Shown piece after piece: positions 25,575 through 33,776 of a DNA stretch of 58,109 bases. Both the position numbers and the translations under genes were made by a program. The notes beneath the pieces were generated by a model, which ran no database searches, was not told the DNA's origin, and saw only the letters and a program-made list of their open reading frames with translations. Each line of letters starts with the position of its first letter. The stretch's first letter is position 1. The DNA is from Candidatus Omnitrophota bacterium (GTDB lineage: Bacteria > Omnitrophota > Gorgyraeia > JAHJTE01): contig JAGVEL010000008.1 of assembly GCA_020058285.1 (NCBI GenBank), forward strand, positions 1 to 58,109, written 5' to 3'.

Positions 25575-26053
25575 AATATAACTATGCCTCTCCTGTGTAG
25601 ATCTTGGACATCCTTGTCTGTAGGATTTAGTTTTTCGGAATTTTCAGATTCAGGCGCAGACGTACCTTCTTGGCTCTGACTTAAATCTGCCCCAGCATTA
25701 GAAGTGCCAGCTGTAATTGTGTGTTCTGAAGAATTGTAATCCTGCTGTATGCCTGCGGATAACTCTGCTTGTTCTTGCTCGAAGGTTTTAATATTTTGCT
25801 TAGGCACTATCGTAACTATTTTGTTCTTTTCATCAACCTTTGGCAGGACGCGAACTTCACGTTTTTGAGTGGTTGCGATATCTAAGTCATAAATAGATGG
25901 TTTTTCAGGGGCTTGTTCTTGCAGGGAAGTATTACTAGCAATATTAGCAATTGATTTAGTATCTTTAACAACTTGAAGGCTTAAGAAGATTATTAGAAGT
26001 AACCCAATACCTAAAACTATTGCCACAATGATGAAAATATTTTTTTTATCCAT
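25571..26053 (-). CDS. Hypothetical membrane-anchored protein with a Ser/Gln/Glu-rich disordered tail
   Basis: It has a single N-terminal TM segment (IFIIVAIVLGIGLLLIIFL), no recognisable motif, and is translationally coupled to pilM (ATGA overlap). Confidence 0.5.
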   Translation of the reverse strand: MDKKNIFIIVAIVLGIGLLLIIFLSLQVVKDTKSIANIASNTSLQEQAPEKPSIYDLDIATTQKREVRVLPKVDEKNKIVTIVPKQNIKTFEQEQAELSAGIQQDYNSSEHTITAGTSNAGADLSQSQEGTSAPESENSEKLNPTDKDVQDLHRRGIVIF

Positions 26054-26068
26054 AGTATTTGTGAGCTA

Positions 26069-27565
26069 CTACTCGTTGATTAGCGGAACGTCAGGTCCGG
26101 GTGCATTATAATACTCAAAACCTAAGTTTTCCTGCCATACAAGTTTAAGATAATCGCCGGTTTGCGGAAAATAAGGCGGAGGGCTTGCGGCAAACCGACT
26201 ATCGTAAATGTAATTCTTAGAATATCCTGTACTAATACTGTTTGTCTCGGAATTAAAAGTGCCAACTGGTCCACGCTGATTTTGAATTATCCCGCCAAAT
26301 ATCTTTAAAGTTCCTTTATGTTGTATACCACCAGTGCCAGAGTCACTATCCAGATTCCAGTTTTCAACCATAAACGACCTATCCATGGCCATAATTGAAC
26401 CGTCAATCTCTACATTATAAGGTGCAGAAGAACTGACAATGACTTGCTTTTCCGCGACAATCCCTAGCGTACTGGCGCTACTTGAACAAAGCCGGCCTGA
26501 GCCATCATTAGCCAGTGTAACATTATCAACGCTTCCGGCTGGACAAAAAGTACTATTCAACGGCACTTTGCTATATTTAACATTATCGTTAATAATTATA
26601 TCGCGGTTAGTGCCAACTGTCAACGAACCGCTTAAAGTCCCGGAAAGAGTTAAGTTTCCACCGGATACATATAAAGCATTATTTGTTGGTAAAGCTACGC
26701 CATCACAAGGATTGCAAGCATGCTGAGTAGAATATTGGCTATTAGTAATTTTCATTGTACCATTTGAGTTTAAAACAATAATAGAATCGCCGTTAAGCAC
26801 CATGCCGCCTTGAACAGAGGCAGTATGCAAAGCAATTGCTTGGTTAGGCATATTAATTGGCTCTGTGCCTAAAGTCAAGCCTCCTAAAAACTGCGGATTA
26901 TCAGGTGGCGAAGTAGGATTAGGCGGAGTGTGATAATAAGTAAGGTAATCATCAACAGAAGCAACGCGATCATTAAATACGGGACTGCCTGCAATGTGAA
27001 AATGGCCGTTAGTATGCGTTGGTCCGGTAATTGTATCTCCGCTGATAAACCACACTGGGTGACGCTCCCCTTTACCATAATGTTCGTTATCAGAAAAATA
27101 AGCAAACCGAGCAAAGTTATCTGTCTGGACAATTGTACTTAAAGTGCGCGAAATTTGGCCTACTGTAGCTGTTACTGTAATAGTAAATCTACTGCTAGTC
27201 GGATGTTGGTGATTATCATCAGCAGGATCAATACTAGCTGAATATGTACCAGATGCGCTAGTGCTACTAGCACAATTAGATAAACTAGCTTCTGCGCACA
27301 AAGTCTGGGTTCCGCTAAATGGATCAAAAGGCGCATCCAAATCAGCGCTTGGTTGGTTTACTCTTAAATACGCGATAACCCGATTAATGCCCGCTTCAGC
27401 AATATTAGCAGCTAAGATATTATCCTTATCCACATTTGCAATTTTTCTTTCACTCGTTGAGCGGCTAAAAAAAGCAGTACCCAGAATTGCTAATGTGACA
27501 ATCAGCAAATAGGTTAAGATTAATATAAACCCTTTATTATTTTTCAAGTTATTTAAGCTCCTCAT
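26069..27565 (-). CDS. PilX-N-like large minor-pilin/tip-associated protein (possibly beta-helix-like C-terminal region)
   Basis: It begins MRSLNNLKNNKGFILILTYLLIVTLAILGTAFF, the PilX_N style without Glu+5. I start at the ATG at 27565, preceded by GGUGA, because the track's TTG at 27586 lies inside the riboswitch terminator. The Gly/Asn/Thr-rich repeats end with GYSKNYIYDSRF. Confidence 0.7.
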   Translation of the reverse strand: MRSLNNLKNNKGFILILTYLLIVTLAILGTAFFSRSTSERKIANVDKDNILAANIAEAGINRVIAYLRVNQPSADLDAPFDPFSGTQTLCAEASLSNCASSTSASGTYSASIDPADDNHQHPTSSRFTITVTATVGQISRTLSTIVQTDNFARFAYFSDNEHYGKGERHPVWFISGDTITGPTHTNGHFHIAGSPVFNDRVASVDDYLTYYHTPPNPTSPPDNPQFLGGLTLGTEPINMPNQAIALHTASVQGGMVLNGDSIIVLNSNGTMKITNSQYSTQHACNPCDGVALPTNNALYVSGGNLTLSGTLSGSLTVGTNRDIIINDNVKYSKVPLNSTFCPAGSVDNVTLANDGSGRLCSSSASTLGIVAEKQVIVSSSAPYNVEIDGSIMAMDRSFMVENWNLDSDSGTGGIQHKGTLKIFGGIIQNQRGPVGTFNSETNSISTGYSKNYIYDSRFAASPPPYFPQTGDYLKLVWQENLGFEYYNAPGPDVPLINE

Positions 27566-27583
27566 GATCTCACCTGCCTTGAA

Positions 27584-27708
27584 CAAAAAAACCTATTTGC
27601 CAGTAGCAAATAGGTTTTTCCCTATCGGCAACTGGCTGTCCCGAAATTCCGGGACCCTTTAGCTTTGCGCCCCATGCTTACGCATGGTTTGCCCTTTTCA
27701 GATAGGCT
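27584..27708 (-). promoter_or_regulatory. c-di-GMP-I (GEMM-I) riboswitch #2 with intrinsic terminator, upstream of the PilX-like gene
   Basis: The minus-strand RNA reads CCUAUCUGAAAAGGGCAAACCAUGC-GUAA-GCAUGGGGCGCAAAGCUAAAGGGUCCCGGAAUUUCGGGACAGCCAGUUGCCGAUAGG. It is followed by AAACCUAUUUGC-UACU-GGCAAAUAGGUUU-U tract (27584-27617). Confidence 0.85.
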
Positions 27709-27737
27709 TTCTAAATAGTCTTCAACCTTGTAACTAA

Positions 27738-27766
27738 AGTATATCATAAAATTTAATGACTAACAA
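27738..27766 (-). promoter_or_regulatory. Promoter driving riboswitch #2
   Basis: The minus strand reads TTGTTA (27761-27766), a 17-nt spacer ending in TGA (extended -10), then TATACT (27738-27743). It lies immediately after the stop codon of the PilW-like gene. Confidence 0.45.
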
Positions 27767-27774
27767 CCTAAAAT

Positions 27775-28356
27775 TTAGTTTTCCAAGTGCACCCAGGAAC
27801 TTAATGTATAGGTAACTGGCTGAGTAGTGCCTGGAATATTTTTGCTTGTAATAACTTTAATCTCAATAAGCTGAGGGGCTCCGCTTTCTCTGGTAAATTG
27901 TAAACTGCTTACATTATTAGCTAATACTTTAGTGCCGCCTCCAGCCACACTTCGGAGAATCTGATTATTGACTAAAGAATAGGTTATTTTATCAGACCAA
28001 TCAACTACATTACCACTGGCGTTAAGCACTGTGCCATTGTTATCAATATCAAAAGGAATTCTAAATGTAACTGACGTATGCGGCTGATCATCAGTCGGAA
28101 GGCCCTCTAAAATAGCTACTGATGCTCCGCCTCCGACCATTCCTGTGCCGGCGCGAGTCTGCTTTAATTCTTTAGCCATAAAGCTAACAGCTTGCCGCGC
28201 TTGCTGCTGAATATCCAATTGGCTTGTTCCTACTCTCCAATAAAGCCTTCCAGTATAAGTTACTGTAAATATTGATCCAACAATAATCGTAAAAATGACA
28301 ATACTTACCATCATTTCTAAAAAACTCATTCCCGAAATATTTAATATCTTTTTCAT
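27775..28356 (-). CDS. PilW-like minor pilin
   Basis: It has the prepilin motif SG|MSFLEMMVSIVIFTIIVGSIF, is 193 aa, and lies in the minor-pilin operon. Confidence 0.7.
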   Translation of the reverse strand: MKKILNISGMSFLEMMVSIVIFTIIVGSIFTVTYTGRLYWRVGTSQLDIQQQARQAVSFMAKELKQTRAGTGMVGGGASVAILEGLPTDDQPHTSVTFRIPFDIDNNGTVLNASGNVVDWSDKITYSLVNNQILRSVAGGGTKVLANNVSSLQFTRESGAPQLIEIKVITSKNIPGTTQPVTYTLSSWVHLEN

Positions 28357-28358
28357 TA

Positions 28359-28886
28359 TTATCCGGCCGTTAAAAACGCTACCAATTGAACCGGCGAATC
28401 AATTTTACCGTTACTATTCGTATCTTCTCCGGTATTTAGGGCGCCGTTCAAGGCATTCGCAGCAATATAAGGAACCCCTCCATTATCCTCGCCAATTATT
28501 CTGCCGCTTTTCTGTCTCCAGGAAACCGAAATCACTACTCTTAACATCTTATAATCGCATGAGGTACAGTTGTTGCAAGAAGAATTAGTAGTATAGCTTG
28601 AATAAGGGTAAATATAAATTACGCCCCGGCTGTCCGGCATATCTGAAACTGTAAATGTTGTAGCATTATAATCACTACAGGCATTGGCAAAAGAATAATC
28701 AGTTATCTCCGCCATTTTTGCCTGGGCAGCATTCATCGCCAAGGTTACATTTTTCGAGGTTTCGTTTAAATCAAAACAAGCAACATAAGAAGCTAATAAC
28801 CCTACCAAAATTATTACAAGTACCAAAGAAGCAATCATAATTTCAGCCAAGGTAAACCCGCGATTATTATCCTTTAAATTAGCCAT
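28359..28886 (-). CDS. PilV-like minor pilin
   Basis: It has the prepilin motif RG|FTLAEIMIASLVLVIILVGLL typical of PilV, and is 175 aa. Confidence 0.7.
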   Translation of the reverse strand: MANLKDNNRGFTLAEIMIASLVLVIILVGLLASYVACFDLNETSKNVTLAMNAAQAKMAEITDYSFANACSDYNATTFTVSDMPDSRGVIYIYPYSSYTTNSSCNNCTSCDYKMLRVVISVSWRQKSGRIIGEDNGGVPYIAANALNGALNTGEDTNSNGKIDSPVQLVAFLTAG

Positions 28887-28962
28887 AATATTAACTCTGA
28901 TAAATTTCTCAACTCATTCCTTTACATACATTTACATTATTTTATATCAGCAAAATTAAAAG

Positions 28963-30933
28963 TCAATGCTTTTTAATCGTTTCAAGTTGTTTGCGCACCA
29001 AAGGATAAAAGGGCACAGACTGCGGGATACCTAATAACTGTTCCAATGCAGGCTTCAATTCATTTAGCTTGATATATAAAAGCCCAAGATTAAATTTTGC
29101 CTCGTAATAATTATTATTTAATTGGATTGCTTTTGAAAAATTTTTGATAGCCTCAGACTGATTACCCGTAATGGCATAAACAATAGCCAGATTATTATAC
29201 GCCTCAGGCATTTGTGGATTTAACTTCAACGCCTTTAAATATTCCTCAACAGCCAGGGTGAATTTAGCCTGATCCTTATAAACTAAACCTAGGTTGAGAT
29301 GTAATGCTGGATTATTTGGCTGCCAATAAATTGCTTTTTCAAATTCTGCGATTGCCAAATCACTTTTCCCTGCTTGATGATAAAGCAAGCCCAATTCCGA
29401 ATAAAGCGAATAATCCCAAAAAGCTGCTTTTTGAGCTAGCTTAAAAGCCTTTTCAAACTCCGAAATCGATGCTTCTAAATTTCCAGCTGCGCTATAAGCC
29501 TTGCCCAGATTATAATAAAGTGCTGATTGATTAGGCTCCTTCTTAACTCCTTGTTTAAAAATACCGATTGCCTTTTTAATTTGGCCTTTTTTGAAATATA
29601 ATTTTCCCAGATTATTCAGCGCAAGCCCATCCTTAGAATTTAATTGAAAGGCGCGCCAATAAAACTTCTCTGCCTCTTGATTCAAACCCCTTGCCTCTAA
29701 TTCTGCTCCCAAATTATTATACGCAGCAAAACTCCCTGGAGATAACTTAATTATGCGCAGGTAAAATTTAATCGGATCAGACCAGATCATGCCGTAGAGA
29801 AACGTTGCAAATGAAAGCATGATAATCACCGAAAACAGGCTTAAATATAAATAGCGCCGCTGCCTTCCCTCAAGAACCTTAAATAAGCCTAAGAGAATTA
29901 TGAAAAATAAAGGATATTGCGATAAATAAATAAAATGCTCGGCAAAATAAGCATTTATCGGAAAAATTCCCGATTGGCTGGTTAAAAAAATAAAAAACCA
30001 AAAAAAGCAAAAATAGAATGCTTTTTTTTCTTTCCTTAAAAAAAATCCTAGAAATATAAAAAATAATACAACAACAATCAGGCGTGCCAGAACAATGAAA
30101 CTAAAAGAGTTAAATACAACTGAAGTATAAGACATGTGCAGATTAACCGGCCAAAAAACAAGCTTTAGATAATCAAATAGATAATAACCAAATGTCCATA
30201 GCCGCGGCAAAATTCCAAAGGTGCTATGTCCAAGCGTAAAACCTAAAACAAAAAACCTAAGAAGTAAATATATTGCACCTAAAATTAAAAAGACTAAATA
30301 ATTTTTAAAGTTAATTTTTTTATCAAGAAGGTAATCAATTAAAACAAATACTAATAAACCGCTTAAGGCTAATTCCTTAGATAGTAACGCAAGGAAGAAG
30401 AAAATACTTGAAAAAATTAGTAAACGCCGGGATGGGGTAATCCGAAACTTAACATAAAATATAAAAGAAAGAGCTAAATTTAAAAGTACTAAGGAATCAG
30501 CCCGGCCAGAGATATAGCTGACAACCTCAACGTTTATCGGATGGACTAAAAAGATACAGGCAGAAAGAAAGGCAATTAGCCTTTTTTTAAAAACAAGTGT
30601 AAATAAATAATATAATAAGAAAGCACAAATAACATGCAGCAAGATATTAGTCAAATGCATTCCGGCAAATTGATTTCCCCATACAAGGTTATCCAAAAAC
30701 AAAGAAAGAGATTGAACCGGCCGATAAAAATTATTACCGATTACAGTCAGGAATAGCCCGCTGGTAAATATATACGGCAATAAACGAAATTGTTTTATCA
30801 GAGGATTATTTACAACTAGCCCTAAGTCATCCCAGACTAAAGCAGCAAAAAAAGATTGGCTATAAATAATTATTCCCAGGATTAAGAAAAATAATAATAT
30901 CTGCCTATTTGAAATATGTTTAGTTTTTATCAT
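28963..30933 (-). CDS. TMTC/PMT_2-like GT-C membrane glycosyltransferase with C-terminal TPR repeats (paralog 2)
   Basis: The first-loop acidic motif is ALVWDDLGLVVNNPLI, followed by YRPVQSLS and HLTNILLHV. It has ~10 TM helices and then 7-8 TPR units (YNNLG.., A...Y..AL.L.P). Confidence 0.7.
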   Translation of the reverse strand: MIKTKHISNRQILLFFLILGIIIYSQSFFAALVWDDLGLVVNNPLIKQFRLLPYIFTSGLFLTVIGNNFYRPVQSLSLFLDNLVWGNQFAGMHLTNILLHVICAFLLYYLFTLVFKKRLIAFLSACIFLVHPINVEVVSYISGRADSLVLLNLALSFIFYVKFRITPSRRLLIFSSIFFFLALLSKELALSGLLVFVLIDYLLDKKINFKNYLVFLILGAIYLLLRFFVLGFTLGHSTFGILPRLWTFGYYLFDYLKLVFWPVNLHMSYTSVVFNSFSFIVLARLIVVVLFFIFLGFFLRKEKKAFYFCFFWFFIFLTSQSGIFPINAYFAEHFIYLSQYPLFFIILLGLFKVLEGRQRRYLYLSLFSVIIMLSFATFLYGMIWSDPIKFYLRIIKLSPGSFAAYNNLGAELEARGLNQEAEKFYWRAFQLNSKDGLALNNLGKLYFKKGQIKKAIGIFKQGVKKEPNQSALYYNLGKAYSAAGNLEASISEFEKAFKLAQKAAFWDYSLYSELGLLYHQAGKSDLAIAEFEKAIYWQPNNPALHLNLGLVYKDQAKFTLAVEEYLKALKLNPQMPEAYNNLAIVYAITGNQSEAIKNFSKAIQLNNNYYEAKFNLGLLYIKLNELKPALEQLLGIPQSVPFYPLVRKQLETIKKH

Positions 30934-32671
30934 TATTAGTCTTTAAATTATCCAAATGAGCCCGAATTTTTTTATCTGTTGGCTCAATTGATAATCCTCT
31001 AAGCCAGATTTTTTTCGCCTTATCCGGCTGGGCACGGTTTACATAAATCACTCCCAGATTATAATATGCCTGCATATTCTCAGGGTCAAGTTTTAAAATG
31101 ATATTTAATTGCCTTATCGCCTCTTCTGCTTCGCCTATTTTTGCTAAAAGTGCTGCTAAGTCATTGCGGGCTAAATGAAAATTTTGATCAATAGTTAAGG
31201 CGCTAATGTAATGATTGCCGGCGCGAGGTAACTCGCCTTTTTGAAAATACAACACGCCTAAATTATAATGCGTCATCTTTATTCTTTCGTTTAATTTTCC
31301 CTCTAAAATACTTTTATCCGGATAGTACTTAAGGCTAATTTTGCTCAAAAGCTCTCTTGATTTATAGTATTGATTTAAAGCAAGTTCATAATTACCTAAA
31401 AATAAGTACTCATTGCCTAGATTTATCCGTAACCGAGCGCTTGCCGGAAAATATTTAAGAGTCCATCTATAAAAACTGATGTTATTCTTCCAGTTAATAT
31501 TATAAGTGCTTGTCAATATCCCGAAAAATAGAACCAGGCCGCAGCAAATAATAATTAATAATCTTTGCTTTGCCGCATCAATTCTCCAAAAGATAAACAG
31601 TCGGCTAAAGATATAAGCAACATAGTAGAAAATGCTCAAACTGGCAAGATACAGAAAATGCTCTGAAAAACTAATATTCGTAAGTATAATATTAGATTGT
31701 GAAAAAATAAGAATTAAAAAAAAGATTGAGAAAAAAAGAAATAGCCTCCGGCGCTCCTTCCCTCTCGATAAGAAAACAAACCCGGTAAGTAAACTTACGG
31801 TAGTTATAAATACCCAGGGGTCAAAAAAAGATGTCGGTTTAACTAAGGCTCTTTCCATATGGAGATTTTCCGGCCAAATCAACAGCTGTAAATAAAACGG
31901 TATACTTTTTATAAATGTATAAAGCCTTAAAGGAAATTCCTGGATGAATAAACTGGGCACTCTTAACGAATTGCTAAATCCCAAAGCATTAATCCTTAAA
32001 ATAAGATAAATTATAACCGTGATTATAAATAATACGTATTGATAAATATACTCTTTTTTAAATCTATTAAAACAAAAATCAAATACAAAAAATAATAAAG
32101 GGCTTGCAAGCGCATATTCCTTAGATAACAGAGCTAAAAAGAAAAATAGTGCAGATAAAGCAAACGCGGTGTATTTATTTCCTTGCCTAAATTTTATAAA
32201 GAAATAAAAAGATCCCAAAACAAATAAGGCAGCTAAGGGATCAGCCCGACCCGAGATGTAGCTAACTGCAGAATGTTGTATCGGATGGACAACAAAAAAT
32301 AAAGCGCTCAAAATTGCCAAGATTGAAGATGCGCCAAGATTTAAAAGGATAAGATACGCAAAGATAGCAGTTAGGATGTGAATTAAAAGGTTAGTTAAAT
32401 GAAATCCAAAAGGATTGTCCTGCCAGAAAAAATAATCAATTGCATAACTTATGAGTTGCAGCGGACGGTAGTAACTAGTTTTGTTGTCAGGCGTGTCTCC
32501 GGGAAAAATATCATTAGAGAAAGCATAACGTGTTGCCGAACCCATACTGCGGATGTGAATGTTATCCTTAACCAAAAATTCATCATCCCAAACAAAACCA
32601 TTAAACAGGCTATTGTAATAAAACAATAACCCAGCAAAAATGATTAAAAGAATTTGTGTTTTTTTACTCAT
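30920..32671 (-). CDS. TMTC/PMT_2-like GT-C membrane glycosyltransferase with C-terminal TPR repeats (paralog 1)
   Basis: It shares the architecture of paralog 2 (FVWDDEFLVKDNIHI, YYRPLQLIS, HLTNLLIHI), with multiple TM helices and C-terminal TPRs. Confidence 0.7.
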   Translation of the reverse strand: MSKKTQILLIIFAGLLFYYNSLFNGFVWDDEFLVKDNIHIRSMGSATRYAFSNDIFPGDTPDNKTSYYRPLQLISYAIDYFFWQDNPFGFHLTNLLIHILTAIFAYLILLNLGASSILAILSALFFVVHPIQHSAVSYISGRADPLAALFVLGSFYFFIKFRQGNKYTAFALSALFFFLALLSKEYALASPLLFFVFDFCFNRFKKEYIYQYVLFIITVIIYLILRINALGFSNSLRVPSLFIQEFPLRLYTFIKSIPFYLQLLIWPENLHMERALVKPTSFFDPWVFITTVSLLTGFVFLSRGKERRRLFLFFSIFFLILIFSQSNIILTNISFSEHFLYLASLSIFYYVAYIFSRLFIFWRIDAAKQRLLIIICCGLVLFFGILTSTYNINWKNNISFYRWTLKYFPASARLRINLGNEYLFLGNYELALNQYYKSRELLSKISLKYYPDKSILEGKLNERIKMTHYNLGVLYFQKGELPRAGNHYISALTIDQNFHLARNDLAALLAKIGEAEEAIRQLNIILKLDPENMQAYYNLGVIYVNRAQPDKAKKIWLRGLSIEPTDKKIRAHLDNLKTNNDKN

Positions 32672-32674
32672 AAT

Positions 32675-32918
32675 AAAGCAAAAATTGCCAGCTGGCGTTT
32701 AATTTTTGCTTATGCCGGCAAAACTTTGCCGGCGCAAGCAGTCAACTATGTTTAGTTTTTGCTTATGCCCTGCCTGCCGCAGGCAGGCTAAAAACTTTGC
32801 GGTACGAGCAAAATTGGCAACTGCCGTATAATTTTGCGAGATGCCATGCCTGCCGCAGCAGGCGTGAAAACTTGTGTGGCCGCAAGGAAAATTACCAACC
32901 GTTGTTTATTTTGATAAT
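32675..32918. repeat. Tandem array of ~4 REP-like two-hairpin units between the pilA terminator and the GT-C genes
   Basis: The units are AAAGCAAAAATTGCCAGCTGGCGTTTAATTTTTGCTTATGCCGGCAAAACTTTGCCGGCG, then CAAGCAGTC...GCCCTGCCTGCCGCAGGCAGGC, then CGAGCAAAATTGGCAACTGCCGTATAATTTTGCGAGATGCCATGCCTGCCGCAGCAGGCG, then a partial unit. Confidence 0.8.
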
Positions 32919-32920
32919 GA

Positions 32921-32952
32921 AAAAGGCGCTTCATAAAGAAGCGCCTTTTTCA
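32921..32952 (-). terminator. Intrinsic terminator after pilA
   Basis: The minus strand reads AAAAAGGCGCUUC-UUUAU-GAAGCGCCUUUUU, a perfect 8-9 bp GC-rich stem flanked by A and U tracts, ~25 nt after the pilA stop. Confidence 0.8.
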
Positions 32953-32975
32953 TTTAACTGCATCTCTCCAGAAGT

Positions 32976-33404
32976 TTATTCAATCGGAGAAGATGTTGAA
33001 GTAGCTGTTCCGCCAGTGCTATATCTAACTACGCCACTTTCATCAACAAAGAAGTATCTAGTACCGGTTGTCTGAGGAGTAGTCGGAGATGCTGTTGCTG
33101 TAAATGCATTGGTACTTCCTAACAAAGCAAAATTATAACCCTGCTTTGCTCCGCTACCTAATACGCTGTCAATATATGGAGGAGTTGCACTAGATAAGCT
33201 GTTTAGACCAACAGGATACGTCGGGTTAGCAGACCGAAAACTCTGAGCACCGGTTGAAAGTGTCTGCATTGCAGCGATTGCTGCTGACTCATTAGCATTT
33301 AATCTTGCACGCAGTAAGTTAGGTATGGCGATTGCGGCCAATAACGCAATAATAGCAACTACAATCATGATTTCAACCAAGGTAAAACCGCGTCTGTTTT
33401 TCAT
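32976..33404 (-). CDS. pilA: Major type IV pilin
   Basis: It begins MKNRRG|FTLVEIMIVVAIIALLAAIAIPNLLRAR, a canonical class III signal with Glu+5. It is 142 aa, has a strong RBS (AAAGGGGGA) and its own terminator, and ends in a Ser/Thr-rich C-terminus. Confidence 0.9.
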   Translation of the reverse strand: MKNRRGFTLVEIMIVVAIIALLAAIAIPNLLRARLNANESAAIAAMQTLSTGAQSFRSANPTYPVGLNSLSSATPPYIDSVLGSGAKQGYNFALLGSTNAFTATASPTTPQTTGTRYFFVDESGVVRYSTGGTATSTSSPIE

Positions 33405-33578
33405 TTTAATTTTCCCCCTTTCTTGACCTTGATTGAACTCTTCGTATCAAACCAGTCATATATAAGAAACGATAAGTTCGTTCTCTTCTGGCTTTGTCTA
33501 CGATTCGTCCTGGTCAATGCTTCGACTCTGCTCAGCATTGATACTGAGCGAAGTCGAAAGTATCAATGTTCGTTCAAT

Positions 33579-33696
33579 AAAAAAACCTATTCCAGTTACC
33601 TGAAATAGGTTGCTCCATTGGTAACTGGCTACCCTTTTTGCAGGGCCCTTTAGTTTTGCGTCCCATGCTTGCGCATGGTTTGCCTTTTTCAATGAT
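33579..33696 (-). promoter_or_regulatory. c-di-GMP-I (GEMM-I) riboswitch #3 with intrinsic terminator, in the pilA leader
   Basis: The minus-strand RNA reads CAUUGAAAAAGGCAAACCAUGC-GCAA-GCAUGGGACGCAAAACUAAAGGGCCCUGCAAAAAGGGUAGCCAGUUACCAAUG. It is followed by AACCUAUUUC-AGGUAACU-GGAAUAGGUU-U7 (33579-33611). Confidence 0.85.
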
Positions 33697-33703
33697 TACT
33701 TAA

Positions 33704-33764
33704 AGTATACCACAAAAAACTAACCCTGCAAAGATTATTATATCAACACAGATTTCAAAGTCAA
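33704..33764 (-). promoter_or_regulatory. Two tandem candidate promoters for the riboswitch-pilA transcript
   Basis: The distal promoter is TTGACT (33759-33764), a 16-nt spacer, then TATAAT (33737-33742). The proximal promoter is TTGCAG, a ~16-nt spacer ending in TGG (extended -10), then TATACT (33704-33709). Confidence 0.5.
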
Positions 33765-33776
33765 GATTTTTCTTAA

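Noticed and set aside
27566-27586. The track's upstream TTG start for the PilX-like ORF (27586). Similar N-terminal extensions occur at 49768, 56887 and 21026.
   Set aside because: 27586 lies within the U-tract and stem of the riboswitch terminator, while an ATG with a GGUGA RBS follows at 27565. The 49768 extension covers a conserved 5'-UTR motif. The 56887 and 21026 extensions precede canonical N-termini (the Rossmann GxGxxG and the DUF2344 start), and the 21026 start is a TTG with no RBS.
33423-33692. ORFs 33423..33608 (plus) and 33498..33692 (minus) in the pilA leader.
   Set aside because: They overlap the GEMM-I aptamer, its terminator and the leader hairpin. No RBS is present, and the RNA explanation accounts for the conservation seen across the three riboswitch loci.
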